In this document: one piece after another, positions 35,915-44,812 of the stretch
Layout: each line of letters starts with the position of its first letter
How positions within the stretch are numbered: the stretch's first letter is position 1
DNA from: Bacteroides uniformis
Lineage (GTDB): Bacteria; Bacillota; Clostridia; Oscillospirales; Acutalibacteraceae
Direction: 5' to 3'
DNA length: 64,000 bases
Assembly: GCA_963611165.1 (NCBI GenBank)
Contig: CAVDQG010000003.1
Coordinates: forward strand, 17,827 to 81,826
Translations under genes and position numbers: made by a program
Notes under the pieces: generated by a model
The model's database searches: none
The model's input: only the letters and a program-made list of their open reading frames with translations
What the model was told of the DNA's origin: nothing

Positions 35915-37039
35915 ATGAAAAATTTCGGAATTTACATTCATGTGCCCTTTTGCGAGAGCAAGTGCCCTTACTGCGATTTTTACTCAAGACCGCCTAAGGG
36001 CTCGGGCAAAACGAAAGAAGAATATGTCAGAGAATACACAGCCGGCGTAAAAAGTCGGCTTGTTTCTTATGCCGAAAAGTACGGGGAGCGAGAAGTCGAC
36101 TCTGTTTATTTCGGCGGTGGCACGCCGAGCGTTCTGGGAGAAGATGCACTTTGTGAGATTTTATCTGAGATTAAATCCCGTTTTCATGTGACGGACGATG
36201 CGGAAATCACATGTGAGGCAAACCCGTGTTCTGTCGGTGAAAGTTTTTTCAGGAGACTGAAAGAGGGCGGATTCAATCGGCTTTCCATGGGACTGCAGTC
36301 GGCAAATGAGGACGAATTGAAGCTTCTCGGCAGACGGCACACGGCACCCGAGGCGGCACAAAAGGTGAGACTTGCACGGGAATGCGGATTTGATAACATT
36401 TCGCTTGATTTGATGATTGCCTTGCCGAATCAGACAAAAGAGAAACTCTTGCACTCGATAGAATTTTGCTCGGATTTAGATGTAGAGCACATCTCTTCAT
36501 ACATATTAAAGATTGAAGAAAACACCGTTTTCGGTAAAAAGGGAATCAAAACGCTTGACGATGACGAAACGGCGGAGCTGTATCTTTTTATGGTTGATGA
36601 GCTGAAAAATCACGGCTACTCCCAGTACGAGATAAGCAATTTTTCCAAGCCGAATTTTGAAGCAAGGCACAACACAAGGTACTGGAGAGATGAGGAGTAC
36701 CTCGGAATAGGCCCTGCGGCACATTCTTTCATGGACGGAAAAAGATTTTATTTCGAGAGAAGTCTTGACGGATTTCTTTCGGGTAACGAGCCTGTCCCCG
36801 ACGGTACGGGCGGCGATGTCGAGGAGAAAATCATGCTTAAGCTGCGGCTTTGCGAGGGACTTACGAGAGAGGATTTGAGTGCATACGAAAACGGCGAAGA
36901 AGTTTTTGAAGATGCACTTAAAGCCGCAAAGAAGCTGCCGCAAAATCTAGTCACTGCCGACAATAATTCAATCAGTCTTACCGCCGAGGGATTTCTTGTT
37001 TCAAACAGCATAATCGAGTTCATTCTCGAGAGAATATGA
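35915..37039 (+). CDS. hemW: Radical SAM heme chaperone HemW (coproporphyrinogen-III-oxidase-like)
   Basis: It has the CESKCPYCDF cluster motif and sits downstream of lepA, its usual position. ATG 35915 is preferred over the adjacent TTG. Confidence 0.85.
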   Translation: MKNFGIYIHVPFCESKCPYCDFYSRPPKGSGKTKEEYVREYTAGVKSRLVSYAEKYGEREVDSVYFGGGTPSVLGEDALCEILSEIKSRFHVTDDAEITCEANPCSVGESFFRRLKEGGFNRLSMGLQSANEDELKLLGRRHTAPEAAQKVRLARECGFDNISLDLMIALPNQTKEKLLHSIEFCSDLDVEHISSYILKIEENTVFGKKGIKTLDDDETAELYLFMVDELKNHGYSQYEISNFSKPNFEARHNTRYWRDEEYLGIGPAAHSFMDGKRFYFERSLDGFLSGNEPVPDGTGGDVEEKIMLKLRLCEGLTREDLSAYENGEEVFEDALKAAKKLPQNLVTADNNSISLTAEGFLVSNSIIEFILERI

Positions 37040-37316
37040 GTTAATTTTTGGATACATATTTAAAAGAATAAGCTTTGTGCAAAAGTGAATATATACTAAC
37101 TTTACAAATGTTAATTTTTATTGAACTTGTTTAATGCGTTAGTTTTGCCTAATGCTCAAATTGTTACAAATGCACTACAAATATCTTTGTACAATCAACC
37201 AAAATTAAATCGAGGTGAAGAAAATCCCTTGATTTTTGCATTGATTGTGTTATCATAAAGTCGTGTTAAGAAGTTAATTTACAGCAGTTGGCTGTAAGAT
37301 TAACTCGCAGTTGTAA

Positions 37317-37508
<192 letters not shown>

Positions 37509-37539
37509 TTTTCAGACAGAAAACTAAAGATGAACTTTT

Positions 37540-37570
37540 AGCCGAGGCTTTCAGTCTCGGCTTTTAGTTT
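37540..37570 (+). terminator. Rho-independent terminator
   Basis: agccgag-gctttcagt-ctcggct followed by tttagtttt. Confidence 0.65.
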
Positions 37571-37767
37571 TATTTACTGTTGGTATTTTGTTTCAAATAT
37601 TGTATAATCTAAGTGCAGAAGTGAAAACTGCCCGTGATTTGTGATTTTTTAATCGGAGCAAAGTCTGCAATTGGTTATGTGAAAAAAGCTGTCTGACATA
37701 GGAGCGACCTTAGACAAAGCCAAACAAATAACGGATTTAAAGAAAAAAGAAGAATTTAGGAGCAATT

Positions 37768-38910
37768 ATGCTTGATATATACGAAAATATAGAGGTGAGC
37801 CTCGAGGAGTGGCAGACGGGACGGGATAAGTATTCTCCCGTTGATATCCGAGACGACATCGCTTACGCTTACGGCCATTTGCCCGGCTCTGTCAATATTC
37901 CGCAGGCTGAAATCGAAAAGGATTTTTCGGTTTTGCCGAAAAGACCGCTGCTTATCTGCCGTTCGGGAGAAATAAGCCTTGCTTTGGCGGAAACCTTGAG
38001 AGAATCTGGAATTGACGCTTACTCTTTTTCGCCCGGCTATGCCGGTTGGCTTCGTGAAACTCTCAGAACCGAGGAGAGCAAGGCGAAGGATGTCGAGGCG
38101 TCTATTAGAAAGAAATTCACAAAGAAAATCTGGAGACGCTTTGCGGGGGCGGTCAAGTCTTATGAACTCGTTAAACCGGGTGATTCAATAGCCGTTTGCA
38201 TTTCGGGCGGCAAGGACAGTATGCTCATGGCAAAGTGCTTTCAGGAGCTCAAGCGACACAACAAATTTCCGTTTGAGGTGAAATTCCTCGTTATGGACCC
38301 GGGCTATACCCCGGCAAACAGGGAGATTATCGAGAATAATCTTAAGATGCTCGATATTCCTGCTCATATATTCGAGAGCGATATTTTCGAGTCGGTTTTC
38401 GGCGTTGAAAAAAATCCGTGCTATCTCTGCGCAAGAATGAGAAGAGGCTATCTCTACGAGGAGGCAAAGAAGCTCGGATGCAACAAAATTGCGCTCGGTC
38501 ACCACTTTGACGATGTAATCGAAACCACCCTCATGAGCATGCTTTCGGGCGGTCAGATTCAGGGAATGATGCCAAAGCTTCATTCCACCTCGCACCCAGG
38601 CATGGAGATAATCAGACCGCTTTATCTTATTCGTGAGGATGACATCAAGCACTGGAGAGACTACAACGGACTATACTTTTTGCAGTGTGCATGCAAATTC
38701 ACCGAGACCTGCACCACCTGTCACACGGGAGAGGGCCCGACGGGCTCAAGGCGAGTCGAGACAAAGAAACTGATTCAGGAAATCAAGAAAACAAACCCTC
38801 AGGTTGAAGCGAATATTTTCCACAGCCTTGAAAACGTCATGCTTGATACCGTTATCAGATACAAGAAAAACGGCGAGATTCATTCATTCCTTGATGACTA
38901 CGATGATTGA
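37768..38910 (+). CDS. Rhodanese domain fused to a TtcA-like PP-loop tRNA thiolase
   Basis: The N-terminus has a rhodanese active-site loop (LLICRSGEIS). The C-terminal part has the PP-loop SGGKDS and Cys motifs (CYLCARMRRG, CACKFTETCTTC). Confidence 0.6.
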   Translation: MLDIYENIEVSLEEWQTGRDKYSPVDIRDDIAYAYGHLPGSVNIPQAEIEKDFSVLPKRPLLICRSGEISLALAETLRESGIDAYSFSPGYAGWLRETLRTEESKAKDVEASIRKKFTKKIWRRFAGAVKSYELVKPGDSIAVCISGGKDSMLMAKCFQELKRHNKFPFEVKFLVMDPGYTPANREIIENNLKMLDIPAHIFESDIFESVFGVEKNPCYLCARMRRGYLYEEAKKLGCNKIALGHHFDDVIETTLMSMLSGGQIQGMMPKLHSTSHPGMEIIRPLYLIREDDIKHWRDYNGLYFLQCACKFTETCTTCHTGEGPTGSRRVETKKLIQEIKKTNPQVEANIFHSLENVMLDTVIRYKKNGEIHSFLDDYDD

Positions 38911-38981
38911 CAATTTGCAATTTAAAATCGTTAAATTCATGGCAAATAAACATAAATTAACTATATAACGGAGGACAAACC

Positions 38982-39161
38982 ATGAGCGTACATACTTTAA
39001 TCGAGAAGCACAGAATCGAAGAGGCAAAGAAAAAAGAGGAGATCGAGAAAATTCACCGTGAGGAGCTCTCTCAGAAGTTCAAGGACGGCTTTGTTTTGGG
39101 CACGATAGTCGGCTCAGTCATCGGTACTCTTGCCGCATGCATTATGAACGACAATGACTGA
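38982..39161 (+). CDS. 59-aa tail-anchored small membrane protein
   Basis: ATG follows SD cggagga. It has a charged helical N-terminus and one C-terminal TM segment (FVLGTIVGSVIGTLAACIM). It is below the ORF-track cutoff. Its stop overlaps the next gene's start. Confidence 0.4.
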   Translation: MSVHTLIEKHRIEEAKKKEEIEKIHREELSQKFKDGFVLGTIVGSVIGTLAACIMNDND

Positions 39162-39900
39162 TTTTTGTTCGGAGAACTTAGTCGGAAAATGGGAGCCGCT
39201 CGGAAAAAAGGCAAAGGTTTTTGTCACAAGAGAGCACTCCTTTAATACGGATACGATACTTTTGGCACATTTTTCTTCGCCCAAACGCAAGGAGAAATGT
39301 GCCGACTTCGGCACGGGTTGCGGAACAATTCCGCTTATATGGGCGTCTCGTTATGAACCGAGGGAGATAAGTGCGGTGGAGCTTCAGGAAAAGGCATATC
39401 TTCAGGCTAAAATGTCGATTGAAGAATGCGGCTTTGACATTGAGCTTATAAAAAACGATGTCAACAATTACCGTGAACTTTTTCCGAAGCAAAATCTCGA
39501 CCTCATTTCGTGCAATCCGCCGTACAAAGCAGACGGCAGAGGAATTAAAAACGGGATTGAGAATATGAAAATCGCACGCCATGAAGATTTTTTAAGCTTG
39601 GAACAGCTTGCCGATGCGGCTAAGTTTTCGCTGAAATTCGGCGGTAGACTTTGCATTTGTCAGCGGCCCGAGAGACTTTGCGACGCAATGAATATTTTTC
39701 GTGAAAGACAGCTTGAGCCGAAAAAATTGAGGCTTGTGCAGACGAGAAAGGATACTGCGCCGTTTATTTTTCTGCTGGAGTCAAGACGCGGCGGAAAGCC
39801 GGGGCTTGAAATTTTGCCGACTCTCATTCTCGAGGAGAACGGGGAGACGACAAAAGAGATGCTCGAAATTTACGGAGATTACAAGGATTATCAAAAATGA
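39154..39900 (+). CDS. tRNA (adenine37-N6)-methyltransferase-like (TrmN6/YfiC family)
   Basis: 248 aa with SAM motif DFGTGCG and NPPY motif (CNPPYK). Confidence 0.65.
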   Translation: MTDFCSENLVGKWEPLGKKAKVFVTREHSFNTDTILLAHFSSPKRKEKCADFGTGCGTIPLIWASRYEPREISAVELQEKAYLQAKMSIEECGFDIELIKNDVNNYRELFPKQNLDLISCNPPYKADGRGIKNGIENMKIARHEDFLSLEQLADAAKFSLKFGGRLCICQRPERLCDAMNIFRERQLEPKKLRLVQTRKDTAPFIFLLESRRGGKPGLEILPTLILEENGETTKEMLEIYGDYKDYQK

Positions 39901-40811
39901 TATATGAAGAAACAGAGCTTCTGAAGGAAAACGAAGAGGAATTTTCGGAAATTCCCTTTGAAGCCGAAAGCAAAAACGAGATAAAAAAGGGTGCGCTTTA
40001 TGTTGTGGGAACTCCGATAGGCAATCTCTCGGATTTTTCCCCAAGAGCTGTGCACACCCTTGCGAATGTTGATTTCATTGCGGCGGAGGATACCCGTGTC
40101 ACCGTCAAGCTTTTAAATCATTTCGGAATAAAAAAACCGCTTGTCAGCTATTTTGAGCACAACAAGCTTCAGCGTGGCGACATCATCTGCCAGAGAATTT
40201 TGGCTGGAGAAAGCTGCGCTCAGGTGTCCGATGCCGGTATGCCTGCGATAAGCGACCCGGGAGAATTGCTCGTGAAGCAGTGTGCCGAGCTTAATATTCC
40301 CGTTTATGTTGTGCCGGGGCCGACTGCCATGGCGTCTGCGTTGGCGGTGTCGGGACTTCCCACGGGAAGATTTACCTTTGAGGGCTTTTTGAGCGTGAAC
40401 AAAAGAAATCGCCGAGAGCACCTCGATGAGGTAAAAAACGAAAAGCGTACAATGGTTTTCTATGAAGCGCCGCATAAGCTTTTGAATACCTTGAAGGATA
40501 TGCTTGAGGTTTTCGGTGACAGAAACATCGCACTTGTCAGAGAGCTCACGAAAATTCACGAAGAGGTAAAGCGCACCACGCTGAGCGAGGCGATTGCTTA
40601 CTATTCGGAAAATCCGCCAAAGGGAGAATTTGTTCTTGTGATTGACGGCGCAAAGCAGTCAGAGGAGAAAGAACTCACGATTGAAGATGCGCTGAAGCTG
40701 GCAAGGGAGAAAATCGAGGGCGGTATGAGTGCTTCGTTTGCCGCAAAGGAAGCCGCAAAGGAAACGGGTTTCAAAAAGAACGAGATTTATAAGCTTCTTG
40801 TGGAAGAATAA
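39897..40811 (+). CDS. rsmI: 16S rRNA (cytidine1402-2'-O)-methyltransferase
   Basis: It has LYVVGTPIGNLSD and AEDTR motifs. It carries a ~30-aa acidic N-terminal extension. The start overlaps the upstream stop. Confidence 0.85.
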   Translation: MIYEETELLKENEEEFSEIPFEAESKNEIKKGALYVVGTPIGNLSDFSPRAVHTLANVDFIAAEDTRVTVKLLNHFGIKKPLVSYFEHNKLQRGDIICQRILAGESCAQVSDAGMPAISDPGELLVKQCAELNIPVYVVPGPTAMASALAVSGLPTGRFTFEGFLSVNKRNRREHLDEVKNEKRTMVFYEAPHKLLNTLKDMLEVFGDRNIALVRELTKIHEEVKRTTLSEAIAYYSENPPKGEFVLVIDGAKQSEEKELTIEDALKLAREKIEGGMSASFAAKEAAKETGFKKNEIYKLLVEE

Positions 40812-41009
40812 GAAGAATAAAAAGTAAAAACAGAATCGAGAGATTTTTGATTTTCTTTCGGCTCTGTTTTTGTTTGTTGATTTGAATTTGATATTCAAAA
40901 ACACGGCAAAAGGGAGAATAGAGAAAGTAACTGCTTGAAAAAAATATAGGCTTTTGATATAATTAAGCACACAAACATTAAAGTGAGATTGAATGTAGGC
41001 GGAGGGAAG

Positions 41010-41417
41010 ATGAAAATACTGGTAATTGACGCTCAGGGCGGAGGAATAGGCCGCCAGCTTGTGACGGGAATAAAAGAGAACATAAAGGACGCATTTGTGA
41101 CGGCGGTCGGCACGAACAGCGCCGCAACGAGTGCGATGCTTAAGGCGGGCGCAGATGTTGCCGCAACGGGAGAGAATGCAGTTAAGGTTGGTGCAAGAAA
41201 AGCTGACGTAATAGTCGGCCCGATAGGAATTGTTATCGCAGATTCGCTTTACGGTGAGATTACCCCCGAAATGGCTGTTGCGGTCGGAAGCAGTGACGCC
41301 AAGAAGGTTCTCATACCGATAAACCACTGCGACAACGTGATAGCGGGCGTGCCCGATTTGAGCGTGGGAAGACTGATTGAGTCGGCTGTCAGGATTATTG
41401 CAGAGAATGCCTGTTAA
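41010..41417 (+). CDS. DUF3842-family protein
   Basis: MKILVIDAQGGGIGRQLV N-terminus. ATG 41010 follows GGAGGG. Confidence 0.6.
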   Translation: MKILVIDAQGGGIGRQLVTGIKENIKDAFVTAVGTNSAATSAMLKAGADVAATGENAVKVGARKADVIVGPIGIVIADSLYGEITPEMAVAVGSSDAKKVLIPINHCDNVIAGVPDLSVGRLIESAVRIIAENAC

Positions 41418-41445
41418 GGCTAAAAAACAAATATCAGAATTACAC

Positions 41446-41474
41446 TTTACAAAATTTGTTTTGCCGACTATAAT
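41446..41474 (+). promoter_or_regulatory. Sigma-A promoter (TTTACA, 17 nt spacer, TATAAT)
   Basis: Read directly from the sequence, upstream of the T-box leader. Confidence 0.6.
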
Positions 41475-41481
41475 ACTAGGT

Positions 41482-41745
41482 AGAAATTAACAGACAAAAT
41501 TAAATGCAATGATCGGAAAGAGTAGCTTTTCAAAAGCACAACAGAAAGCGTGGGCCGTCGGCTGAGAGCCCGTGCGGTGAAAGGGAAAGTGAAGTGCGTC
41601 CGTGAGCAGACGGAGGGAAATAAAGTATCTCCGTACGTGAGGTTGAGAGAATCAATCAGCTGCGTTAAGGCAAAAAAGTTATAAAACGAAGTGGAACCGC
41701 GAATTTTCGCCTTCGATGCCTTTTTGGTATCGGAGGCTTTTTTGT
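41482..41745 (+). promoter_or_regulatory. T-box leader, cysteine-specific
   Basis: It has AGAGA/GNGA-like stem I elements and a candidate specifier UGC at 41595-41597. The T-box sequence is aagtggaaccgcg (41688-41702). The terminator is gccttcgat/atcggaggc plus T6 (41709-41743). It sits upstream of cysE-cysS. Confidence 0.75.
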
Positions 41746-41764
41746 TGTCGGAAAGAGGGAGAGT

Positions 41765-42433
41765 ATGTTTGATAAGCTGAAAGCGGAGCTTGATTTGGTC
41801 ATGGAGAGAGACCCTGCGGCGAGATCAAGATTTGAGGTCTATTTTCTGTATTCGGGCTTCAAGGCGATAAGGTCGTACCGCAAGGCGCACTGGTTTCAGA
41901 CCCACGGGATGAAGTTTATCGCAAGGTTCATTTCCCAGAGGTCACGCCATAAGACGGGAATAGAAATTCACCCCGGCGCTACGATAGGAAAGAATTTATT
42001 TATCGACCACGGCATGGGAGTTGTCATCGGAGAGACCACGGAGATAGGCGATAACTGCACGCTTTATCAGGGAGTTACCTTAGGCGGAACGGGTAAGGAT
42101 CAGGGCAAGCGTCACCCCACTCTCGGAAACAACGTTCTTGTCGGCTCGGGAGCAAAGGTTCTCGGCCCGTTCAAGGTGGGAGATAACGCAAGAATTGCGG
42201 CAGGCGCAGTGGTTCTGAGCGAGGTTCCCGCCAACGCAACGGCGGTCGGCGTTCCTGCAAGGATAGTAAGACTCAACGGCGAGAGAATCAATTCCGATTT
42301 AGACCAGATTCATGTATCGGATCCCGTATCTCAGGAGCTTTGCCGACTTCAGCTTGAGCTTGATTCCGCTTGGAAGGTAATTAACGAATTAAGCCGCAAG
42401 GTGAACCGTGAGGAAGATACCGTTTCTGAATAA
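41765..42433 (+). CDS. cysE: Serine O-acetyltransferase
   Basis: 222 aa with hexapeptide repeats (GIEIHPGATIG...IGETTEIGDNC). Confidence 0.85.
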   Translation: MFDKLKAELDLVMERDPAARSRFEVYFLYSGFKAIRSYRKAHWFQTHGMKFIARFISQRSRHKTGIEIHPGATIGKNLFIDHGMGVVIGETTEIGDNCTLYQGVTLGGTGKDQGKRHPTLGNNVLVGSGAKVLGPFKVGDNARIAAGAVVLSEVPANATAVGVPARIVRLNGERINSDLDQIHVSDPVSQELCRLQLELDSAWKVINELSRKVNREEDTVSE

Positions 42434-42486
42434 TCAGGTAAATTTAAAATTGACATACAATCGTAAAAACATAAAGGAGCAAGCAT

Positions 42487-43902
42487 ATGAAGCTTTATAA
42501 CACACTTACAAGAACAAGAGATGAGTTTGTCCCCCACGAGGAGGGCAAGGTTAAAATGTACACATGCGGCCCTACCGTTTATCATTTTGCCCATATCGGT
42601 AACCTGAGAACCTACATCATGGAGGATGTCCTCGAGAAGTTTCTGCGTTTTCAGGGTTATGATGTAACAAGAGCCATGAACATCACCGATGTCGGCCACC
42701 TTTCCAGCGATGCCGATACGGGTGAGGACAAGATGCTCAAGGGCGCAAGAAGAGAGCACAAGTCGGTTCTCGAGATTGCAAAGTTCTATACGGACGCTTT
42801 CTTTGCGGACTGCAAGAAACTCAATATCAAGTATCCTGACATTGTTTCTCCCGCAACTCAGAATATCCCCGAGTATATCACAATGATAACAAAGCTTCTC
42901 GATGAGGGATATGCTTATCAGGCAGGCGGAAATGTTTACTTCGATACTTCAAAGCTTAAGAATTACTATGTTTTCGGAAATGTTGACGAGAACGACCTCG
43001 CAGTAGGCGTTCGTGACAGCGTTGAGGAGGACAGCAACAAGAAGAACAAGGCGGACTTCGTTCTCTGGTTCACTAAGTCGAAATTTGACGATCAGGAGCT
43101 CAAGTGGGATTCCCCGTGGGGCTATGGCTATCCGGGCTGGCACATCGAGTGCTCATGCATTTCCATTAAGTATCTCGGAGAGTACCTTGACATTCACTGC
43201 GGCGGAATCGACAATGCTTTCCCGCATCACACAAACGAAATTGCTCAGTCGGAGGCTTATCTCGGACATCCGTGGTGCAAAAACTGGTTCCATGTTCTTC
43301 ACCTTAATGACGAGACAGGCAAGATGAGTAAGTCAAAGGGTGATTTCCTTACGGTTTCTCTTCTCGAAGAAAAGGGATATGACCCGATTGCTTACAGATT
43401 CTTCTGCTTGCAGTCTCACTACAGAAAGCCGCTTGTTTTCTCTTATCAGAATCTCGACAACGCAGTGACGGCATATGATAAGCTTGTGAAGAAAATTGCG
43501 GCTGTTCCGAACGAGGGCGAGGTAGATATGGCTGTCGCAGACGAGCAGAAGAAAATCTTCATTCAGCTTGTCGGAAACGACCTCACAACATCACTTGGTA
43601 TCACTAAGGTTTATGATGTTCTCAAGCTTGACACGAACGGCGCAACAAAGAGATATATCATCGGAGAATTTGACAAGGTTCTCGGACTCAACCTTTTGAA
43701 TCCGAACAAGAAGCCTGTAAATCACGGTGATGTTACCGCTGAGGAGGCTGCCGAGATTGAGGAGCTCATCGCAAAGAGAACCGAGGCAAGAAAGAACAAG
43801 GACTGGGCGGCGGCTGACGCAATCCGTGACGAGCTTAATGCAAGAGGCGTAACGGTTAAGGATACCGCAAACGGAATCGAGTGGACAGTAAGCAAGAAGT
43901 AA
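42487..43902 (+). CDS. cysS: Cysteine--tRNA ligase
   Basis: 471 aa with HIGN and KMSKS motifs. Confidence 0.95.
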   Translation: MKLYNTLTRTRDEFVPHEEGKVKMYTCGPTVYHFAHIGNLRTYIMEDVLEKFLRFQGYDVTRAMNITDVGHLSSDADTGEDKMLKGARREHKSVLEIAKFYTDAFFADCKKLNIKYPDIVSPATQNIPEYITMITKLLDEGYAYQAGGNVYFDTSKLKNYYVFGNVDENDLAVGVRDSVEEDSNKKNKADFVLWFTKSKFDDQELKWDSPWGYGYPGWHIECSCISIKYLGEYLDIHCGGIDNAFPHHTNEIAQSEAYLGHPWCKNWFHVLHLNDETGKMSKSKGDFLTVSLLEEKGYDPIAYRFFCLQSHYRKPLVFSYQNLDNAVTAYDKLVKKIAAVPNEGEVDMAVADEQKKIFIQLVGNDLTTSLGITKVYDVLKLDTNGATKRYIIGEFDKVLGLNLLNPNKKPVNHGDVTAEEAAEIEELIAKRTEARKNKDWAAADAIRDELNARGVTVKDTANGIEWTVSKK

Positions 43903-43961
43903 GAAAAAAGTAGCTTTCGGCTTTAAGTTTTCCACTTGCAAATAAAATATGTTGAAAATTC

Positions 43962-43993
43962 GGGTGCTGTTTTCGCAGTGCCCGTTTTGTTTT
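43962..43993 (+). terminator. Terminator after cysS
   Basis: gggtgctg-ttttcg-cagtgccc (with G-U pairs) followed by gttttgtttt. Confidence 0.55.
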
Positions 43994-44232
43994 GTGGGTA
44001 AATTTGAAAATAAATAATTTGCAGAGGATAAGACGGTTATGTTTTCAACCAAGCGGGAATATTTGGTGAAAATATTCTTCAGAAACGGTATTTAAATTTG
44101 TCCGTATTCTGTCCGTCTCGGCTTGCTATAATTTAGTCACAACAAAGGAAAACAAAGAGAAAAGAAAAAACAAGAACAAAAATCGTATTAAAACAACAAA
44201 CAGAAAAAGGAGAAGAAAAAGGAGATTTATTT

Positions 44233-44316
44233 ATGACAATTGCAATGGCAGCTGTCGGAGCATCCGCAATAGTGATGTGCTTCATAGGCAGAGGAACGCC
44301 ATTCGGAAAGGCGTGA
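44233..44316 (+). CDS. Candidate 27-aa hydrophobic micropeptide (MTIAMAAVGASAIVMCFIGRGTPFGKA)
   Basis: A strong SD (aaaaggagat) lies 7 nt upstream of the ATG. There is an 18-residue hydrophobic stretch. No homology is recognised. Confidence 0.3.
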   Translation: MTIAMAAVGASAIVMCFIGRGTPFGKA

Positions 44317-44358
44317 AACCGAAAAAGAGAAACGAAAAGAAAGCAAGAGGAAACTCAA

Positions 44359-44457
44359 ATGCAGATTTTTAAGAAAATTTTCAGATATATAGACAGAATG
44401 TTTGAAATAACGGGAGAGACAAGAGAATATCTCTATACCCAAACGGAAATGTTCTGA
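44359..44457 (+). CDS. Candidate 32-aa micropeptide (MQIFKKIFRYIDRMFEITGETREYLYTQTEMF)
   Basis: SD aagagg lies 8 nt upstream of the ATG. No homology is recognised. Confidence 0.25.
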   Translation: MQIFKKIFRYIDRMFEITGETREYLYTQTEMF

Positions 44458-44680
44458 TGAAATAAATTTGATTACAACCCTTCAATAACATATACCTTTA
44501 AATCGGAGCAAAACTCTGCTTTGCTTGCAATAAGCAGAGTTTGCGACAGATTGCAAACAAAGCAAAAGGAGCGTTAGCTCCTTATTCATTCAGTGGGAGT
44601 TTTAATCTTCCACTGAATGAATGGATGTTCCCCGTCTATATAGGCGGGGAACATCTGCTATAGGTTATACCACACTTAAC

Positions 44681-44716
44681 AAAAACGGCGTCCGCAGAAA
44701 GCGAACGCCGTTTTTG
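44681..44716 (+). terminator. Rho-independent terminator (A-run / stem / T-run)
   Basis: aaaaacggcgt-ccgcagaaagcga-acgccgttttt. Confidence 0.65.
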
Positions 44717-44812
44717 TGTTTTCTCCAAAACTCTTTTCTATTGAAAAAAACGCTGTGTTCCTGTAAAATGAACAGGAAAACCAAAATAAATTTAACGGAA
44801 AAGAAGTACAAA

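Noticed and set aside
35046-35987. 313-aa minus-strand ORF.
   Set aside because: It is antisense to lepA, which is unmistakable.
37651-37662. The 12-nt motif aatcggagcaaa, shared between the leader of the rhodanese-TtcA gene (37651-37662) and the hairpin region at 44501-44512.
   Set aside because: Hundreds of exact 12-mer coincidences are expected by chance in a 64-kb window counting both strands. The flanks do not align convincingly.
40659-41327. 222-aa minus-strand ORF.
   Set aside because: It spans the rsmI 3' end, an intergenic region and the DUF3842 gene in antisense. It has no SD and a low-complexity sequence.
44621-44812. A 64-aa N-terminal extension of the dus ORF.
   Set aside because: It would be translated through two perfect hairpins and an intrinsic terminator. 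The conserved Dus N-terminus begins at Met 44813.
43903-44812. The possibility that the hairpin-rich region encodes a known housekeeping ncRNA (RNase P RNA, SRP RNA, tmRNA or 6S).
   Set aside because: I could not find the conserved RNase P (GAGGAAAGUCC), SRP domain IV or tmRNA tag-reading-frame signatures. A covariance-model scan would be needed to exclude 6S.
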